This document shows positions 12,678 to 26,022 of a stretch of 64,000 bases of DNA, in pieces. Origin of the DNA: Octopus vulgaris (Eukaryota); NCBI GenBank assembly GCA_951406725.2, contig OX597826.1, positions 39,432,001 to 39,496,000 of the forward strand, written 5' to 3'. Every line of letters starts with the position of its first letter. Within the stretch, counting starts at the first letter, position 1. The position numbers and the translations under genes are program-made. The notes under the pieces are model-generated. The model was not told the DNA's origin, made no database searches, and saw only the letters and a program-made list of their open reading frames with translations.

Positions 12678-13272
12678 TCAGAATGTCTCTTTTCTGTAAG
12701 GAAACAATCTAAAAAAGTATTCTATATTTACTCGTGACACGTTTAAAGTAAAGCATCTACTTTTATTGGCGCTAGTTAATTTACGTATGATATTCCCAGA
12801 ATCTAGGAGAGAGAGAAAGGGAGGGAGGTAGGGAGGGTGAGGGGAAGACTGCCAAAAGACGCCTGTTAATCAAGTTATGCCATATATCTTTCTCTTATAA
12901 TATTCTTCGGTTATGTAGTTGATTGCTCATTGATTATTACATGCATGTAACTTTTAGAGGTATCCTGTATGGTCTTCCAAATACAATCTTTTACTTCTTC
13001 GTGAGCAGTTATTCTTTGCGACGATAATAGTGTTATGGTTAATATTCTGTAGGCAGGTTATCAGCCTGCTGTTCTGCGTGTGCGTAAGTGTGTGAGAGAG
13101 GAGATAATGTTTTGTTAGTTTAGGGAATTAAGGTGCTTTTCCTCTTGGTGAAGCCTTTCAGTGTTATCTCAGGATTTTCAGTAACTTGTGGAATATTTCT
13201 GAAAACATGTGTTGAATGCATATCAATTTAGTCAAAATTTGATATTTTGACTTTTATTATTTATGCTTTTAT

Positions 13273-13460
13273 TAAGGCTGCGAGGTGGCAGAATCGTTTA
13301 GCACGCCGGACAAAATACTTAGGGGCATTTCGTCCGTCTTTACGTTCTGATTTCAAATTCGACCGGTGTCGACTTTGCCTTTCATTCTTTCGAGGTCGAG
13401 AAAATAAGTACCAGTTGCGGACTAGGGGTGATGTAATCGACTATCCCCCCACCCAAATTT
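13273..13460 (+). mobile_element. tRNA-derived SINE (family B)
   Basis: aaggctgcgaggtggcagaatcgttagcacgccgg...gtcgactttgccttt...aagtaccagtt. Confidence 0.85.
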
Positions 13461-14239
13461 ATATATCTATTTATAACGCGATTGATGACTAATAATGTCA
13501 TTAATCAAATATTTATGACTTCACTGTATTTCTCATTAGGTCAGTGACAGGGGAGTGTCAATGACCTTTTATAGAACGCAAAATCTGAAAATACTTCGTT
13601 AGAAAAGAACTAGTTGTTTTTATCTGCTTGTGTTCTTTTATTTTTCTTTACACCAGTCCTCTTCCACAGATATACATCTACAAATATACACTGATTCAAA
13701 GATAGACATTCGCAAATTATCAAGCTCCGTGGCTGTTGACTTCATTATGTATTTTAGAAGAGATTGGCATTTTTAACTTAAACTCCATATGCACATTAAA
13801 CTAAATTAGATACACTGGACACTCGAAAGCAGCTCATGAATCATCATATTCTGTTCACGAAAAGTTTGTAGAATAAAGCAATAGAGTAGTTTTAGATTTG
13901 TCCGATAACACACGCACTATCGACTAAAACTTGTCTTTACTCTAAAGTACACTACATAGGGACGTAATCTCAGACGTAAATAGATACCATAATTTTTGAA
14001 AGATTTACTTCTCCTTTATATTTGCTTCAATGAGCAGAATGTATTTATATGTGTATCTAACTTTATTATCCTTATTTTTACTTTTATTATCCTGATTTTA
14101 TTACTCTTGTTTTTACTTCTATTACTTTAATTTTATTTCTTATTTCATTTTTTACTTTATTTTTTAACTTTTATCTTTTCTTTCTATCTTATACACACTA
14201 ATTAAATATAAACTCAAATCAATCTGTTTAACATTCACT

Positions 14240-15200
14240 CTATGCTGAATGGTGGTACAGCGATATCAGTTTTATATCTTAGATCTTTTCCCAAATTAAC
14301 CTGTGTTCATATTTTTGCTGGTGTAGTTATGGTTCGACTACTGGTGGTCAATAATCCTATATATACTTATAAACCTTCATTCAGAAGGAGTAGGTCAACC
14401 CAAAGCTATCAAAGGAGAAATTTAAACAATGTTTCACACGGCGTAACTAAACTCAGAGCCACAAGATTGCGAAGCCTCCCTTTATTTTTGGGTATTTTCC
14501 AATAATTCTTATGCTGCTGCATTCAAGTTTTGTTTTGATTTCTTATATCTTCCTATCATTCTATTGTTTTGTTTGTTGCTTTATAAACTTTGTCCTCTGT
14601 AGGGAGTGTGCCAACAACTATTCCCAGTACTAACACTTCCTTTGCCATTTGTACTGCAACGGTTTCAATTTTATTTCATCTTGTTCTTGGAAAATTCTTT
14701 TTCGTCGAAGATGAAGCGTTTGTTTATTTTATTCAAAGAATCTTTGTCGCTATTCATATTGAATTCCTTAAGATTTAGCGAGGTTCTTTTTGCATCAAAC
14801 ACTCTTTGGTTTCGGGCATTTCTTTTTCTTTTGCTATTTTTAATATATTTTTGAATTACTTGTATCTTTTCATTTATTTTTCATTTGCGTCGATTTCGTT
14901 GTTAATCTCATTAAGGATTGAGAATTGTCTTCTTTTATCTTTCTTTTTGCTATCTCTTCGTGTTTTCCGTGTGCTTTGCTTTGGTTTAGATGTTTCTGTA
15001 TGAAGGAGGTTATCGATTTTAATTATATAACTATTTCCCCCTTTATTGTCAGATTCAATATTTTCAATTTTATATCTTAGATCTTTCCCATATTAACTTG
15101 TGTTCATATTTTTGTTGATATAGTTATGGTCCGACTACTGGTGGTCAATAATCTATAACTATGCCTGGATTTTACCATTATTTCTTTTGTAAATTTTGCT
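14240..15200 (-). mobile_element. Highly decayed retroelement (possibly PLE RT) with ~90-bp direct repeat (14270-14356, 15068-15153)
   Basis: The direct repeat is visible. Minus-strand remnants KIPK..LRNLVA..PCET and GKGSV only weakly resemble PLE RT. Confidence 0.3.
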
Positions 15201-15699
15201 TTACTATGTTTATTTTCGAGATTTATGCTCTCCTTTTTCTCTCTTCCTGTTTGGTATTCTGTTTGTTTTTGTCATCATTGATAGGTTCGTTGCGTGTTGT
15301 ATTTGTATATGTGATATCTTTTCCCTTTTAAGTGTATATCATCTTAAATTTGCTATTGTGTAAGTCTCCAAATTACTCCAACATCAATGTCATTATCTCC
15401 TTCTATATACAAGTATGTTGTGCCATTACTGTTTTAAGAATGGCGTATTGCTGTAATTATTGTTTTTACGTTTTTAACTCCAAGATAGTCCTGCTCGATC
15501 AGGCCTGATTATAGGTGTTCCAGCCAGGACTATGTGGTCATTCTGTATTTTATTATTACATTCTTCAATGTACACTTCGTTTTATAAGATTATGGGATCT
15601 TGTAGATCTCCTGTCTGCATAGTTTCATCATTGAAACGAGAGTGAAACTGAAAAATATGCATGTAGCATGAAGACGCATTCACTTCGGAATTACCTACC

Positions 15700-16000
15700 A
15701 ATCATCATTGTTCGCCAGACTTCACGGTCCATCATAGCATTACGGAGGTCCTGTTGCTGGATGCCTGTATCCTTGGAGATTACATCAGGGTAGGAGAGTT
15801 TGCGCCCTCTGGTATCGCGAGTCGATGGCTTCCAGAGGAGAAGAGCAGAAATTACCCCGTTTTCAGCTCTACAACAATGTCCAGCAAACTGGACTCTACT
15901 ACCTTTCACAAGAGATGATACAGGTGGTAGTTCCCATATATTTGTACTTTGGTTGGATGATGCTTCCACGAGAGATTTTGAGCTCTCATAAGGAGGCGAG
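15700..16000 (-). mobile_element. RTE-clade LINE 3' fragment
   Basis: RVQFAGHCCRAENGVISALLLWKP...RGRKLSYPDVISKDTG...LRNAMMDREVWR. Confidence 0.85.
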
Positions 16001-16630
16001 TTAGATATGTTTCTGTCTAGCTCCGGGTTGACGATTGTCGAGCAACTTATAACAGAAGACGTTTAACTCATTGCTAAGCGGAGTCCCAAGACGACGTTAT
16101 ACAGCGTGAACTTTATAAGACGCTATGATGAAGATTGAAGGAAATTTAGCTGCTCATTCTACCAGATCGTGTAATCACTTAAAAACTCCATCAAAACTCT
16201 GAAGTAGTCGACGTCTCTAGATATTCAAAGCGATACAGTTCTTTCAGTTATATTATCTGTCAACTTTATATTTCAACCATCGATAAAATAATAGTCAGCT
16301 TTTTCCCTAATCTGAATTGCGTTATTAGCTTTGTTATTCATTATTTATATTTGTCTTATGCACACTGACAATTATCTTTTGATGTTACTTACACAAAGCT
16401 AAAGGCTTTGGTGAAGACTTTGGTAACTGTTCTACACACACCCACACACGCGCAAGCCCGCACGCACGCGCGCACTCACTCACTCAGACACTCACTCACT
16501 CACACGCGTACACACATAGATGCAGGATATTTTCTATATGGAATGTATCTACATAATCAGAATTCATCAATATTGTCGATCGTTTGATGTACTCAACAAT
16601 GTCTAATCTTTTTTATTTATTCTTTTTCAG

Positions 16631-16695
16631 CTCTGATTTCCTTCAAACCCTTATCGAAGCATACGACAGCAGTATTCCTCCAGGATTTGACAGAG
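16631..16695 (+). CDS. Cys-loop ligand-gated ion channel (GlyR/GluCl-like) subunit, first identified coding exon (N-terminal helix)
   Basis: Acceptor tctttttcag and donor gtaag. The 65 bp translate (x)SDFLQTLIEAYDSSIPPGFDR, resembling GlyR alpha SDFLDKLMG..YDARIRPNF. Phase joins the next exon (G|AA = Glu). Confidence 0.85.
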
Positions 16696-16716
16696 GTAAG
16701 TTTATATATATATATA

Positions 16717-17150
16717 CTAGCAGTATCGCCCGGCGTTGCTCGGGTTTGTAAGGGAAATAACTATATAAGCATTTTTAGAGATGTAAAGTATAATAGCCAT
16801 CTCAATATGGCTAACCACAAAGGGGGTGTGTTACTGTAGCTTTTTATGTTCTGAGATTTAATAATACATTTTTAGAGAGTTACTTCCCTTATATATGCCA
16901 AAAATGTATTAAAAATGGGAAACATTTATGGTAAATTTTTTTTTTAATCGTAGACTCATCGTAGACTCATCGTAGACGCGCGCTAATACCCAGAAGGGCT
17001 CGATATAAATCACGACTATAAGATACCCGGTTTTGGTTAAACTGCACCGCAAAATGTGGGAGTAGTTAGGAATCTAAATCGTAGGAGGCAGACAGCACAC
17101 AACCTCTCTAGGAGACAGACAGCACACAACCTCTCTTTTATATATAAAGA
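16717..17150 (-). mobile_element. Non-autonomous Helitron
   Basis: 5' TCTTTATATATAAA and 3' CCCGAGCAACGCCGGG hairpin + CTAG, inserted between A and T in (TA)n. Confidence 0.85.
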
Positions 17151-18334
17151 TATATATATAAACGAATGTGTGTATATGAGTGTGTGTGTCTGTGTGTATG
17201 TGTGCATGCATGCACGTGTCTTTGTGTTACACATACATACAGACATAGTGTGTGTATGTATGTGTATATAGATTAATTCATTTTAAGCAAACGCTGCAAG
17301 TTTTTTATGTTGGTTGCAATAATATTACAAAGTTTAACGAAGTGATTCGTTTATTGTTTGTTCTATTATTGACCTACATCTAACAAATTGACAAACAATT
17401 TTGATATAATTTGGTACTGGTTTTGATGTTACTGTATTTATCTGAGGCTCACCCTGATTTAAAACAAAATCTACGAATAAAGATCTTCAAATCGTTACTA
17501 TAATATATTTATCGTCATACTGAACTGTATCATTCACCATTTTTCTTTTGCTTGGGAAAGGCTAGGATGTTATTCGGGGGAAAATTTTGATTGGTTAATA
17601 TTTCTCGCAAGGTGAACACCATTAAGAAGTCCCTTCATAGATATGTATTTTTGTATCTTAGAGTTTGACGCGGGTGTAGTGATTCTCTCTCCACATAGTA
17701 TCTAGTTACAAGTTGGAAAAACTTTGGTTGAGAATGGCATCTCTGCGAAGATTGACTGTATTTTTAGGTGTTGTTCCTGAAATGGTTTTAGCAGCGATCA
17801 AATAGCACTGTACGAGTTAACTTCTCTTGTTTGTAATTCAAAAATATTTTAATGACATTTTTCTCCGGTGTCTGCATTTTGATAATAACTTCTCTTTTCC
17901 GAGCACATCGATGAAATGTACGAAGATGAATTTTTCATTTAGGATGCTATTTTTTGCATTGTAAACAACAGGAGTTCTCTAGTGGCCTGATTTAACTGTA
18001 CGTAGTTCTATTTTGTATTTGTTGTGGCGTTTCGTTGTAGGTAAACACTGATCAAACATACAACTATTCTAATGCATTCCAGTCGCAACCCTGCCATTTT
18101 TAGAAGCATCTAGGAATATATTATGTAATGTGCCCTCACACCTTTGAGGACATAATTTGAGGGGGATTTAACTACTGTATATAACAATCGAGTGACCACA
18201 TGCAAGCTAATTTCAGTTCAGAGTTTGTAGTTCGCTTTGTCATAATGGATTCTACAGTTTCAACGTTGCATATTCAAAACAATGATTTCAACATTATAAT
18301 ATTACACATTTAGAGATGGTCTCTTATATTTTAT

Positions 18335-18757
18335 TCTTTTATTCTTTTATTTGTTTCAGTCATTTCATTGCGGTAATGCTGGAGCACTGTCTTTAGTCGA
18401 GAAAATCGACCCCAGGACTTATTCGTTGTAAGCCTAGTACTTATTCTATCGGTCTCTTTTGCCGAACCGATAAGTTACGGAGACATAAACACACTAGCAT
18501 CAGTTGTCAAGCGATGTTGGGGGGACAAACACAGACACGCAAACATACCACACGTGCGCGCGCGCACACACATATATATATAGAGAGAGACGATTGGCTT
18601 CCTTCAGTTTCCGTCTACCAAATCCACTCACAAGGCTTTGGTCGGCCCGGGGCTATAGTAGAAGATATTTGCCCAAGATATTTGCCACGCAGTGAGGCTG
18701 GACCCAGGACCATATGGCTGGGAAGCAAGCTTCTTACCACGCAGTCACTCCTGCGCC
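18335..18757 (-). mobile_element. SINE family A
   Basis: Collinear with 11030-11509. Confidence 0.9.
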
Positions 18758-19219
18758 TATTTAATCAAGAAAGGGAAATACATCACTCATAAGTAACTAT
18801 GTTACTATCATAAATATTTCAACCTACTCTTCAATCATTGTGATTATTTGTCAACATTAAGATTCTGAACTTTTCATGTTTCTACATTCAAGCCCTTGCT
18901 CCGTTTCAAGCCAGCAATATTGCTAATTAACACAAGAACGCCGTATTTGTTAGTCTTCTTGTTTATAGGTAGTTTGATAACAGAAAATGACTTAAAGGCA
19001 GACTCCATACAAATTCAAACAACTTTCTGTCTACACTGGTTTTGATTAACATATACTTTGAAAGGCGTATATGTTGATTATATCAATCGACACACGCACG
19101 CACACACACACACATCACCTCGGAATGAATTCGTATGCCAATACATTTATACATATTTATAATATTTCCACACTCTCTCTGCCTCTTTGTCTGTCTGTCT
19201 GTCTGTCTCTGTCTCTCTC

Positions 19220-19268
<49 letters not shown>

Positions 19269-19550
19269 GTATGTATATATAGTCAATTCGAGGATGCCAG
19301 GTCCTCATTCGGAATTAAATAATCTAAACATTTCACTGGTTAATCCGTAACATATAAGGAGAAAGTCTTGACTATACGTTAAAGATTATTAGAGTAATCC
19401 ATATTGTTAATAATGAAATAAAGAAAATGGAGAATTATGGATGTATGAATAATTTATTTGTATGATATAATGAGGTTGAAATTTTTTAAATAAGAACAAA
19501 ACAAATAAATTATAAATCATAAAACTCTAAAAGTAATGGCAGATGCAAAA

Positions 19551-19655
19551 GACCTACATATATGTTTCGATTCATACCCAAGGGTGATTCGTAATTTTAA
19601 GTATTTGGGTAACGTTATCATTATCAACTATATAGGGTAGAATCTCATCACGGAT
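19551..19655 (-). ncRNA. Hammerhead motif with extended stem II in a PLE pLTR-like region
   Basis: Reverse complement: cc GTGATGA GATTC TACCC...GGGTA T GAATC GAAAC ATATAT GTA gg. First core base deviates. Confidence 0.65.
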
Positions 19656-20748
19656 TTATGAGCTTATACTACAAATGTTAACATATTTCCTGAAAGGATG
19701 CAGACAAATTACTTATAAGTTTAAGAAGTTAGATCATATATATTATGTGTATGTATTTAGCTAGGGAATTAAAGATGTAAGTAAAAGTAAAATAAATTAA
19801 AAATAACATACAAAAAGGGAAAAGAAGATATAAGATAAAAAGTAAAGAAAAATATAAATGTATGCAAATAGTATATAAATTTAAATAAAAGGGAAGTGAC
19901 AATACTTAAATATGCAAGGGAAGAATCATATGATAAAATAAATGAAGGATAAGTTAGATAGTAAAAAATATTAGTCAACCGTTGTAGGTGAATTATTTTA
20001 ATTGGTTTCATAATAGATACAGTTCGAGAAATCAGTGGATACCTAGCGTTCACATCATATTGTGTCATATTTAAAATCAAGTAGAGACAAAAGTTTGAAA
20101 AATCTGACGGCTAAGATATGTATCTTGAAAGCTTTACATGTAAACCCATACTCGTCAATATATAAAACATTTATATTCTTAGTTATGTCGTTATACATTC
20201 GTGTATATATATACTTCAATATATATGCATGCGTATTCACACATATACACACATATGCGTATATTTACACACACACACACACACACATACACACAAATAT
20301 ATATTCACACTCAAAATATATGTATTTATTAAATTCATTTTCGTTTATTTATTATCAGAGAGGTTAAGTTGTTAGAGCTATGTTATAAGAAATTTAATAA
20401 AAAGAATTGATCAGTTCAGATGTCAAATAAAAAGAAAAGTTGAACGAGGAAGTAAAGAGATAATGAATAAAATATAACATAATGAAATAAAATGTAATAG
20501 ATATTGGAGCTTATATTGCGTATTTGTTATAATGTAGCATAATTTGTTTGTAATTATTAATGGTTGATATATACAAGTACACCCGCACGGAAAAACCGAC
20601 TTTGAAAAAAAAAAAATTCATTAAATTCCTATGTTTTCGATGGCGGAGATTCCGAATATGCCAAAAAAACCATGTTTCATAATTTTAAATTCCCCCCTCT
20701 TAAATTTTAGCTGTTTTTCGAATTTTTTTCGAATATATATATATATTC

Positions 20749-21106
20749 GAGTGGCTGTGTGGTAAGTAGCTTGCTAACCAACCACATGGTTCCGGGTTCA
20801 GTCCCACTGCGTGGCACCTTGGGCAAGTGTCTTCTGCTATAGCCCCGGGCCGACCAATGCCTTGTGAGTGGATTTGGTAGACGGAAACTGAAAGAAGCCT
20901 GTCGTATATATGTATATATATGTATGTGTGTGTGTGTGTGTGTGTGTTTGTGTTTGTCCCCCTAGCATTGCTTGACAACCGATGCTGGTGTGCTTATGTC
21001 CCCGTTACTTGGCGGTTCGGCAAAAGAGACCGATAGAATAAGTACTAAAGGCGGTGCCCCAGCATGGCCGCAGTCAAATGACTGAAACAAATAAAAGAGT
21101 AAAAGA

Positions 21107-21108
<2 letters not shown>
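20749..21108 (+). mobile_element. SINE family A, flanked by (TA)n
   Basis: gagtggctgtgtggtaagtagc...cagtcaaatgactgaaac. Confidence 0.9.
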
Positions 21109-21144
<36 letters not shown>

Positions 21145-21189
21145 TATCGTGGTCATTTGTAGTGTATGGTTTAGGGATTTACATTCTTT

Positions 21190-22590
21190 TTCCTAGAACC
21201 AAAGTTAAGCAATATTTTGCTCCAGACGACTTGGTATGTATCCCGTTGTTCCCATAATAATTGATGTGGAGGCACATAACCTAGTGGTTAGAGCAGCGGA
21301 CTCGCGGTCGAGGGATCGAATCTCAGACCGGGCGATGCTTGTGTTTATGAGCGAAATACCTAAGCTCCACCCAGCTCCGGCAGAAGGTAATGGCAAACTT
21401 CTGCCGACTCTTTCGCCACAACTTTCTTTCACTCTTTCCTCCAGTATCTTGCCGCTCACTTGCAACGGACCGGCGTCCCGTCCAGGTCGGGAACCTATAC
21501 GCCAAGGAAACCGGAAAACCGACCCTTATGAGCCGGGCATGGCTCGAGAAGGAACAAGCAAACATAATAATTGATATGAAGCTGAAATGCATCTTGGGTG
21601 CTGGATTTGCAAACTCCTTATCGATGGTCCGTTGATGTCCTCTTTTTCTTGTATTTTTCTAACCATATTGGTATTCTGAGAGCAGCTAATTTCCACAACA
21701 GAACATATTCTCTTGTAGTTGCACCTAACAATATCTGGCTGATTGAATGGCTGTTTAATTTTTAAGTTCCACATATATCGTCTTGGCCCATTCGTTTCAA
21801 TATAGTCAGCTTCGTCTGTAGGTGTTTTCTCTCTTGTTATTCTGCTTCAGATTGTTCTAGTCACTGCATCATACCTCATGAGAAGATAATATCTGGAAGA
21901 TAATCTTTTACTGTTGGCAGTAATATGTTTGATATCTTCAGTCTTGGTCTGTCAATGTTTTCTGCTTTTTGTGTATACCATTCCAAGCATCTCATATGAC
22001 CATTTGTGTGTATTTGCTTGTGTTTTTCGTACCAAGTACCGACGTACTATCTTTTGTTGTTAACTTCATGGTCACAAACATGGGTAAGATAGTTACTGGT
22101 CTCTTCCCTCTACTGCAGATGTTGTTTCCGTGTCGTAATACGTGCTTCATACGACATCAATACAGATTTGACACGGCCACCGTCCTTGCGTGCGAAGTAA
22201 AGTGTCTACATCTTCATTCATGTTGAGGTTACATGTAACAATGAACGGCTTGCGAATTCTAACATTTATCACGTGAGGATAGACACTGCAGGAGTATTGT
22301 GGGCAATATGCAGTTGCAAACTGAGAGTTCTGATGACAAATATTCTCTTTCCTCTCCCGATCCTCTCCTTACTTATGGACCCATCACATCTGACATTCTC
22401 AGCAGCCTGTTCAAGACACCCATAATTGTCACCTGAATGTAGAAGATGCACCATCAAGCCGTTCATTTTTAGATTTTCAGAGGAGAGCACAACATTCTCA
22501 CGTTGTTTGTTGTCAAAAATGCACCTTTGCGCTCACCAAATTTCATTCCAATGTTTTCAGAAAATTGGGTAATGAGGTTCAACTGTTTAT
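21190..22590 (-). mobile_element. Decayed R4/Dong-like RLE non-LTR retrotransposon
   Basis: Remnants FSENIGMKFG, PFNQPDIV...VVEISC (restriction-like endonuclease) and IIMGTTGYIP. Confidence 0.7.
21266..21562 (+). mobile_element. tRNA-derived SINE (family C) with 13-bp TSD
   Basis: TSD CATAATAATTGAT at 21253-21265 and 21563-21575. Head gtggaggcacataacctagtggttagagcagcggact. Interrupts an R4-like LINE. Confidence 0.85.
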
Positions 22591-23002
22591 TTTGGTTTGT
22601 TTACATCCCCGTAACTTAGCGGTTGGGTATTGAGAGAGCGATTGAATAAGTACCAGACTTTAAAAAAATGTACTAGGGCCAATTTGCTCGACTAAATCCT
22701 TTAATGCGGTGCACCGGCATTCTCGCAGTCTAATGAATAGAACAAGTAAAAGAAGGAAGATAACACACGAATAGGGAAAAAGATTTAGAGCAAAGTGGAC
22801 AAGGCCAGCGAACATTAAATTTGTTTGTAAAGTACGTGAGTTTAAAATGAACCATTTACACTTACATCATCAGGTAAGCAAGCTTCTGTGTTCCCTTGAA
22901 GTTTAAACGCCTTAAAATCCTATCTGCTGTATTAATGTGTCATATTCTGTAAGTTGGTTTTGTCGCTTTCTTTAAATATTTTTGCTTTTGTTTTTCTCAT
23001 AG

Positions 23003-23070
23003 AAAAAGTCACAACAGTGAATGTACAACTTTATATTAACAGCTTCGATTCCATAAACGAACAAACAATG
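23003..23070 (+). CDS. Cys-loop channel exon (beta1/loop G), 68 bp
   Basis: tttttctcatag | EKVTTVNVQLYINSFDSINEQTM | gtaaga. The 68-bp length and INSF.SI.E.TM motif match the conserved GlyR/GABA-A exon. Confidence 0.93.
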
Positions 23071-23162
23071 GTAAGAGATTTTAGTTACAATATTCATTTT
23101 CTAACAATGTCCTTTACTTGTGTATGGAGAGGGAGTAGAGTAATTTAAGTCGATGTCATTAC

Positions 23163-23390
23163 GGCGTTCGTGGCAGAATCGTTAGCACGCCGGGTAAAAT
23201 GCTCAGCGGTATTTCGTCTGCCGCTACGTTCTGAGTTCAAATTCCGCCGAGGTCGTCTTTGCCTTTCACCCTTTCGGGGTCGATTAAATAAGTACCAGTT
23301 ACGCACTGGAGTCGACGTAATCGACTTAATCCGTTTGTCTGTCCTTGTTTGTCCTCTCTGTGTTTAGCCCCTTGTGGGTAGTAAAAAATA
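23163..23390 (+). mobile_element. SINE family B
   Basis: tggcagaatcgttagcacgccggg...gttctgagttcaaattccgccgaggtcg. Confidence 0.9.
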
Positions 23391-23634
23391 GGTATTTAAA
23401 TTGTTGGACCCGGAATGTTGATAACCACGATAAAGTCAAAACTGGAAGTTTTTAAATTCAGAACGAAGAAGGAATTAACAAAATAGTATAAAACATCTTT
23501 TCCGACGCTCTAAAAAATCTGCCAAAATGCACCACATTTTCTAACAATAGTCGTTCCTGTTAAAGAAAAAATGCTTGAACATTATTTACATTATTTACAT
23601 TTGACGGATATTTGTCCTCATCTTGTTTGTTGTT

Positions 23635-23680
23635 AACACAACGTTTCGGCTGATATACACTCCAGCCTTCATCAGATGTC
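23635..23680 (-). ncRNA. Minimal hammerhead ribozyme motif (PLE-type)
   Basis: Reverse complement: gacat CTGATGA A GGCTG gagtgtatat CAGCC GAAAC GTT gtgtt. Intact core; palindromic AACGTT stem III (dimer type). Confidence 0.8.
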
Positions 23681-23914
23681 TTGAGGAAATTTCGAACCTG
23701 GGTTTGCATTCCTAAGGTATTTTTCGATGTTATTATTATTATTATTCACGTCACTGCCTGGAATCGAACTCAGATTCTTGGGGTTGGTAGCCCGCGCTCC
23801 TAACCACTACGTCATATGCCCGTGGGCAATAATGCTTGAAATTTTGAGTGTAGGGCGTTACTCGATACCGTCGACTCCTTTACTTGAATGGTACTTTATT
23901 TTATCGATCCTGAG

Positions 23915-24300
23915 GCACAAAGCCTGAAATTTGGTGAAGGAATATAGTCGATTACATTGCAGTAGTACCTAATTTATTGATTCCGAAAGGATGAAAGGCA
24001 AAGTCGACCTTGGCGGAATATGAACTTAGAACGTAACGACTGACGAAATACCGCTAAGCATTTCACCCGGTGTGCTAACGATTCTGTCAGCTCGCCGTCT
24101 TAATAATAATAATAATGATAATAATAATAACAATAATAATAATAATAATAATAATAATAATTTCTACTGAATGCACAAGTCCTGAAATTTGTGGGGAAGG
24201 GACTAATTAATTGCATCAATCCCAGTGTTTCACTGGTACTTAATTTATCGACCTCGAAGGGATGAAAGGCAAAGTCAACCTCGGTGGAATTTGAACTCAG
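23915..24300 (-). mobile_element. Two SINE family B copies separated by (AAT)n
   Basis: aggatgaaaggcaaagtcgacct...cgtaacg...tgctaacgattctg.cagctcgcc. Confidence 0.8.
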
Positions 24301-24439
24301 TATATAAACACGCCTCCATCCATCCATCCATCCATCCATCCATCCATCCATCCATCCATCCATACGTCCGTCCGTCTGTCAGTTCGTCCGTTTGTCTGTC
24401 CATCCGTCCGTCCGTCCGTCCGTCCATCTGTTTGTCTGT

Positions 24440-24535
<96 letters not shown>

Positions 24536-24554
24536 ATTTTCTATCTATCTGCAG

Positions 24555-24781
24555 GATTATTCAATAAGCACATTTATCACACAAGAGTGGACAGATGAAA
24601 GACTAAAGTTTTTCGGATTGATCGAAGCGAAATACTTTGAATTAGACGTAAAATTGATCGAGAAAATCTGGGTTCCCGATCTTTACTTCCCAAACGAAAA
24701 GAAAGCCCATTTCCATGAAGTAACAGTGCCTAATCGAATGTTACATATATATGACGACGGATCGATAACTTATAGAGCAAG
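24555..24781 (+). CDS. Cys-loop channel exon (loops D, A, E), 227 bp
   Basis: ctgcag | DYSISTFITQEWTDERLKFFGLIEAKYFELDVKLIEKIWVPDLYFPNEKKAHFHEVTVPNRMLHIYDDGSITYRAR | gtatgt. Contains the hallmark W.D.RL and IW.PDL.F.NEK.A.FH motifs. Confidence 0.97.
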
Positions 24782-24802
24782 GTATGTAACTGAAAATGAA
24801 TA

Positions 24803-25013
24803 CAGTAATCCCTCGACTACCGCGGGTGTTACGTTCCAAAACCCCCGCGATAGATCAAAATCCGCGAAGTGGAAGCAGTAATGTACTGTATATATTTTAA
24901 AAAATCATTTTTATAATTTGTATATATTTATTTTATTATAAATGCCGAGGAATCGAAATAGGCTTAAATAATAAACCACGATAGGTGAACCGCGATATGG
25001 CGAGGGAATACTG
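24803..25013. mobile_element. Tigger/pogo-like MITE
   Basis: TA|CAGTAATCCCTCG ... CGAGGGAATACTG|TA; 211 bp. Confidence 0.85.
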
Positions 25014-25611
25014 TAGTCTCACTAAAAGAATAAATAATTAGGTAAACAAAAAGTAAAATCTTGCAGAATAATATCATACTGTTGTTTACCTCAATTATGT
25101 AATTTCATAATATTTTGTATGTGTGTAATGTAATATCATGACAATTTGTATGTACATATGTATAGTTATTTAGTTAAAAGTGAAGAAACTATAGGACAGA
25201 TCTATTTACCATGACGTAAATGAATATTGCATGTACTTCTTTTGTAGCATTATTATACGTGAATAGATACATCACAATATATAGAAATAACTAGATTGAA
25301 ATGGACAAACCCCATAACAATATTTTTCTTTTGTGGAATATAAACTCCAAATTCTGAATGAACAGATATAGATTTGGGAAAAAATATGTGATTTATATAT
25401 GAGCATATTTGGAGGTTTATTAGTTGAGTAGCATGGAAAGATACACAGTAACTAGAGTGAAACGCGTGAGTGTATGATTAGATAGGCATTTGTATATTCG
25501 TATGTATGTACACTAGTGTTCAAATAAAGGAATGTGTTTATGCATAAGGATGCGTGCGAGTAATTCTTGGTTTGGCCCAACGGTAAGAAGTGAATAGCGT
25601 CGTCAATAGTA

Positions 25612-26022
25612 ATGTATGTATGTATGTATGTATGTATGTATGTATGTATGTATGTATGTATGTATGTATGTATGCATGTATGTATGTATGTATGTATATA
25701 TGTATGTATGCATGCATGTATGTATGTATGTATGCATGTATGTATGTATGCATGTATGTATGTATGTATGTATGTATGTATGTATGTATGTATGTATGTA
25801 TGCATGTATGTATGTATGCATGTATGTATGTATGTATGTATGTATGTATGTATGTATGCATGTATGTTTGTATGCATGTATGTATGTATGTATGTACGTA
25901 TGTATGTATGCATGTATGTATGTATGTATGTATGTATGTATTTATGTATGTATGTATGTATGTATGTATGTATGTATTTATGTATGTATGTATGTATGTA
26001 TGTATGTATGTATGTATGTATG
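25612..26022. repeat. (TATG)n microsatellite, ~410 bp
   Basis: Seen directly; source of the MYVC/HTYI pseudo-ORFs. Confidence 0.98.

Noticed and set aside
24225-24881. 218-aa ORF taken as a complete gene
   Set aside because: Only 24555-24781 is exon; the rest is SINE, microsatellite and MITE sequence.
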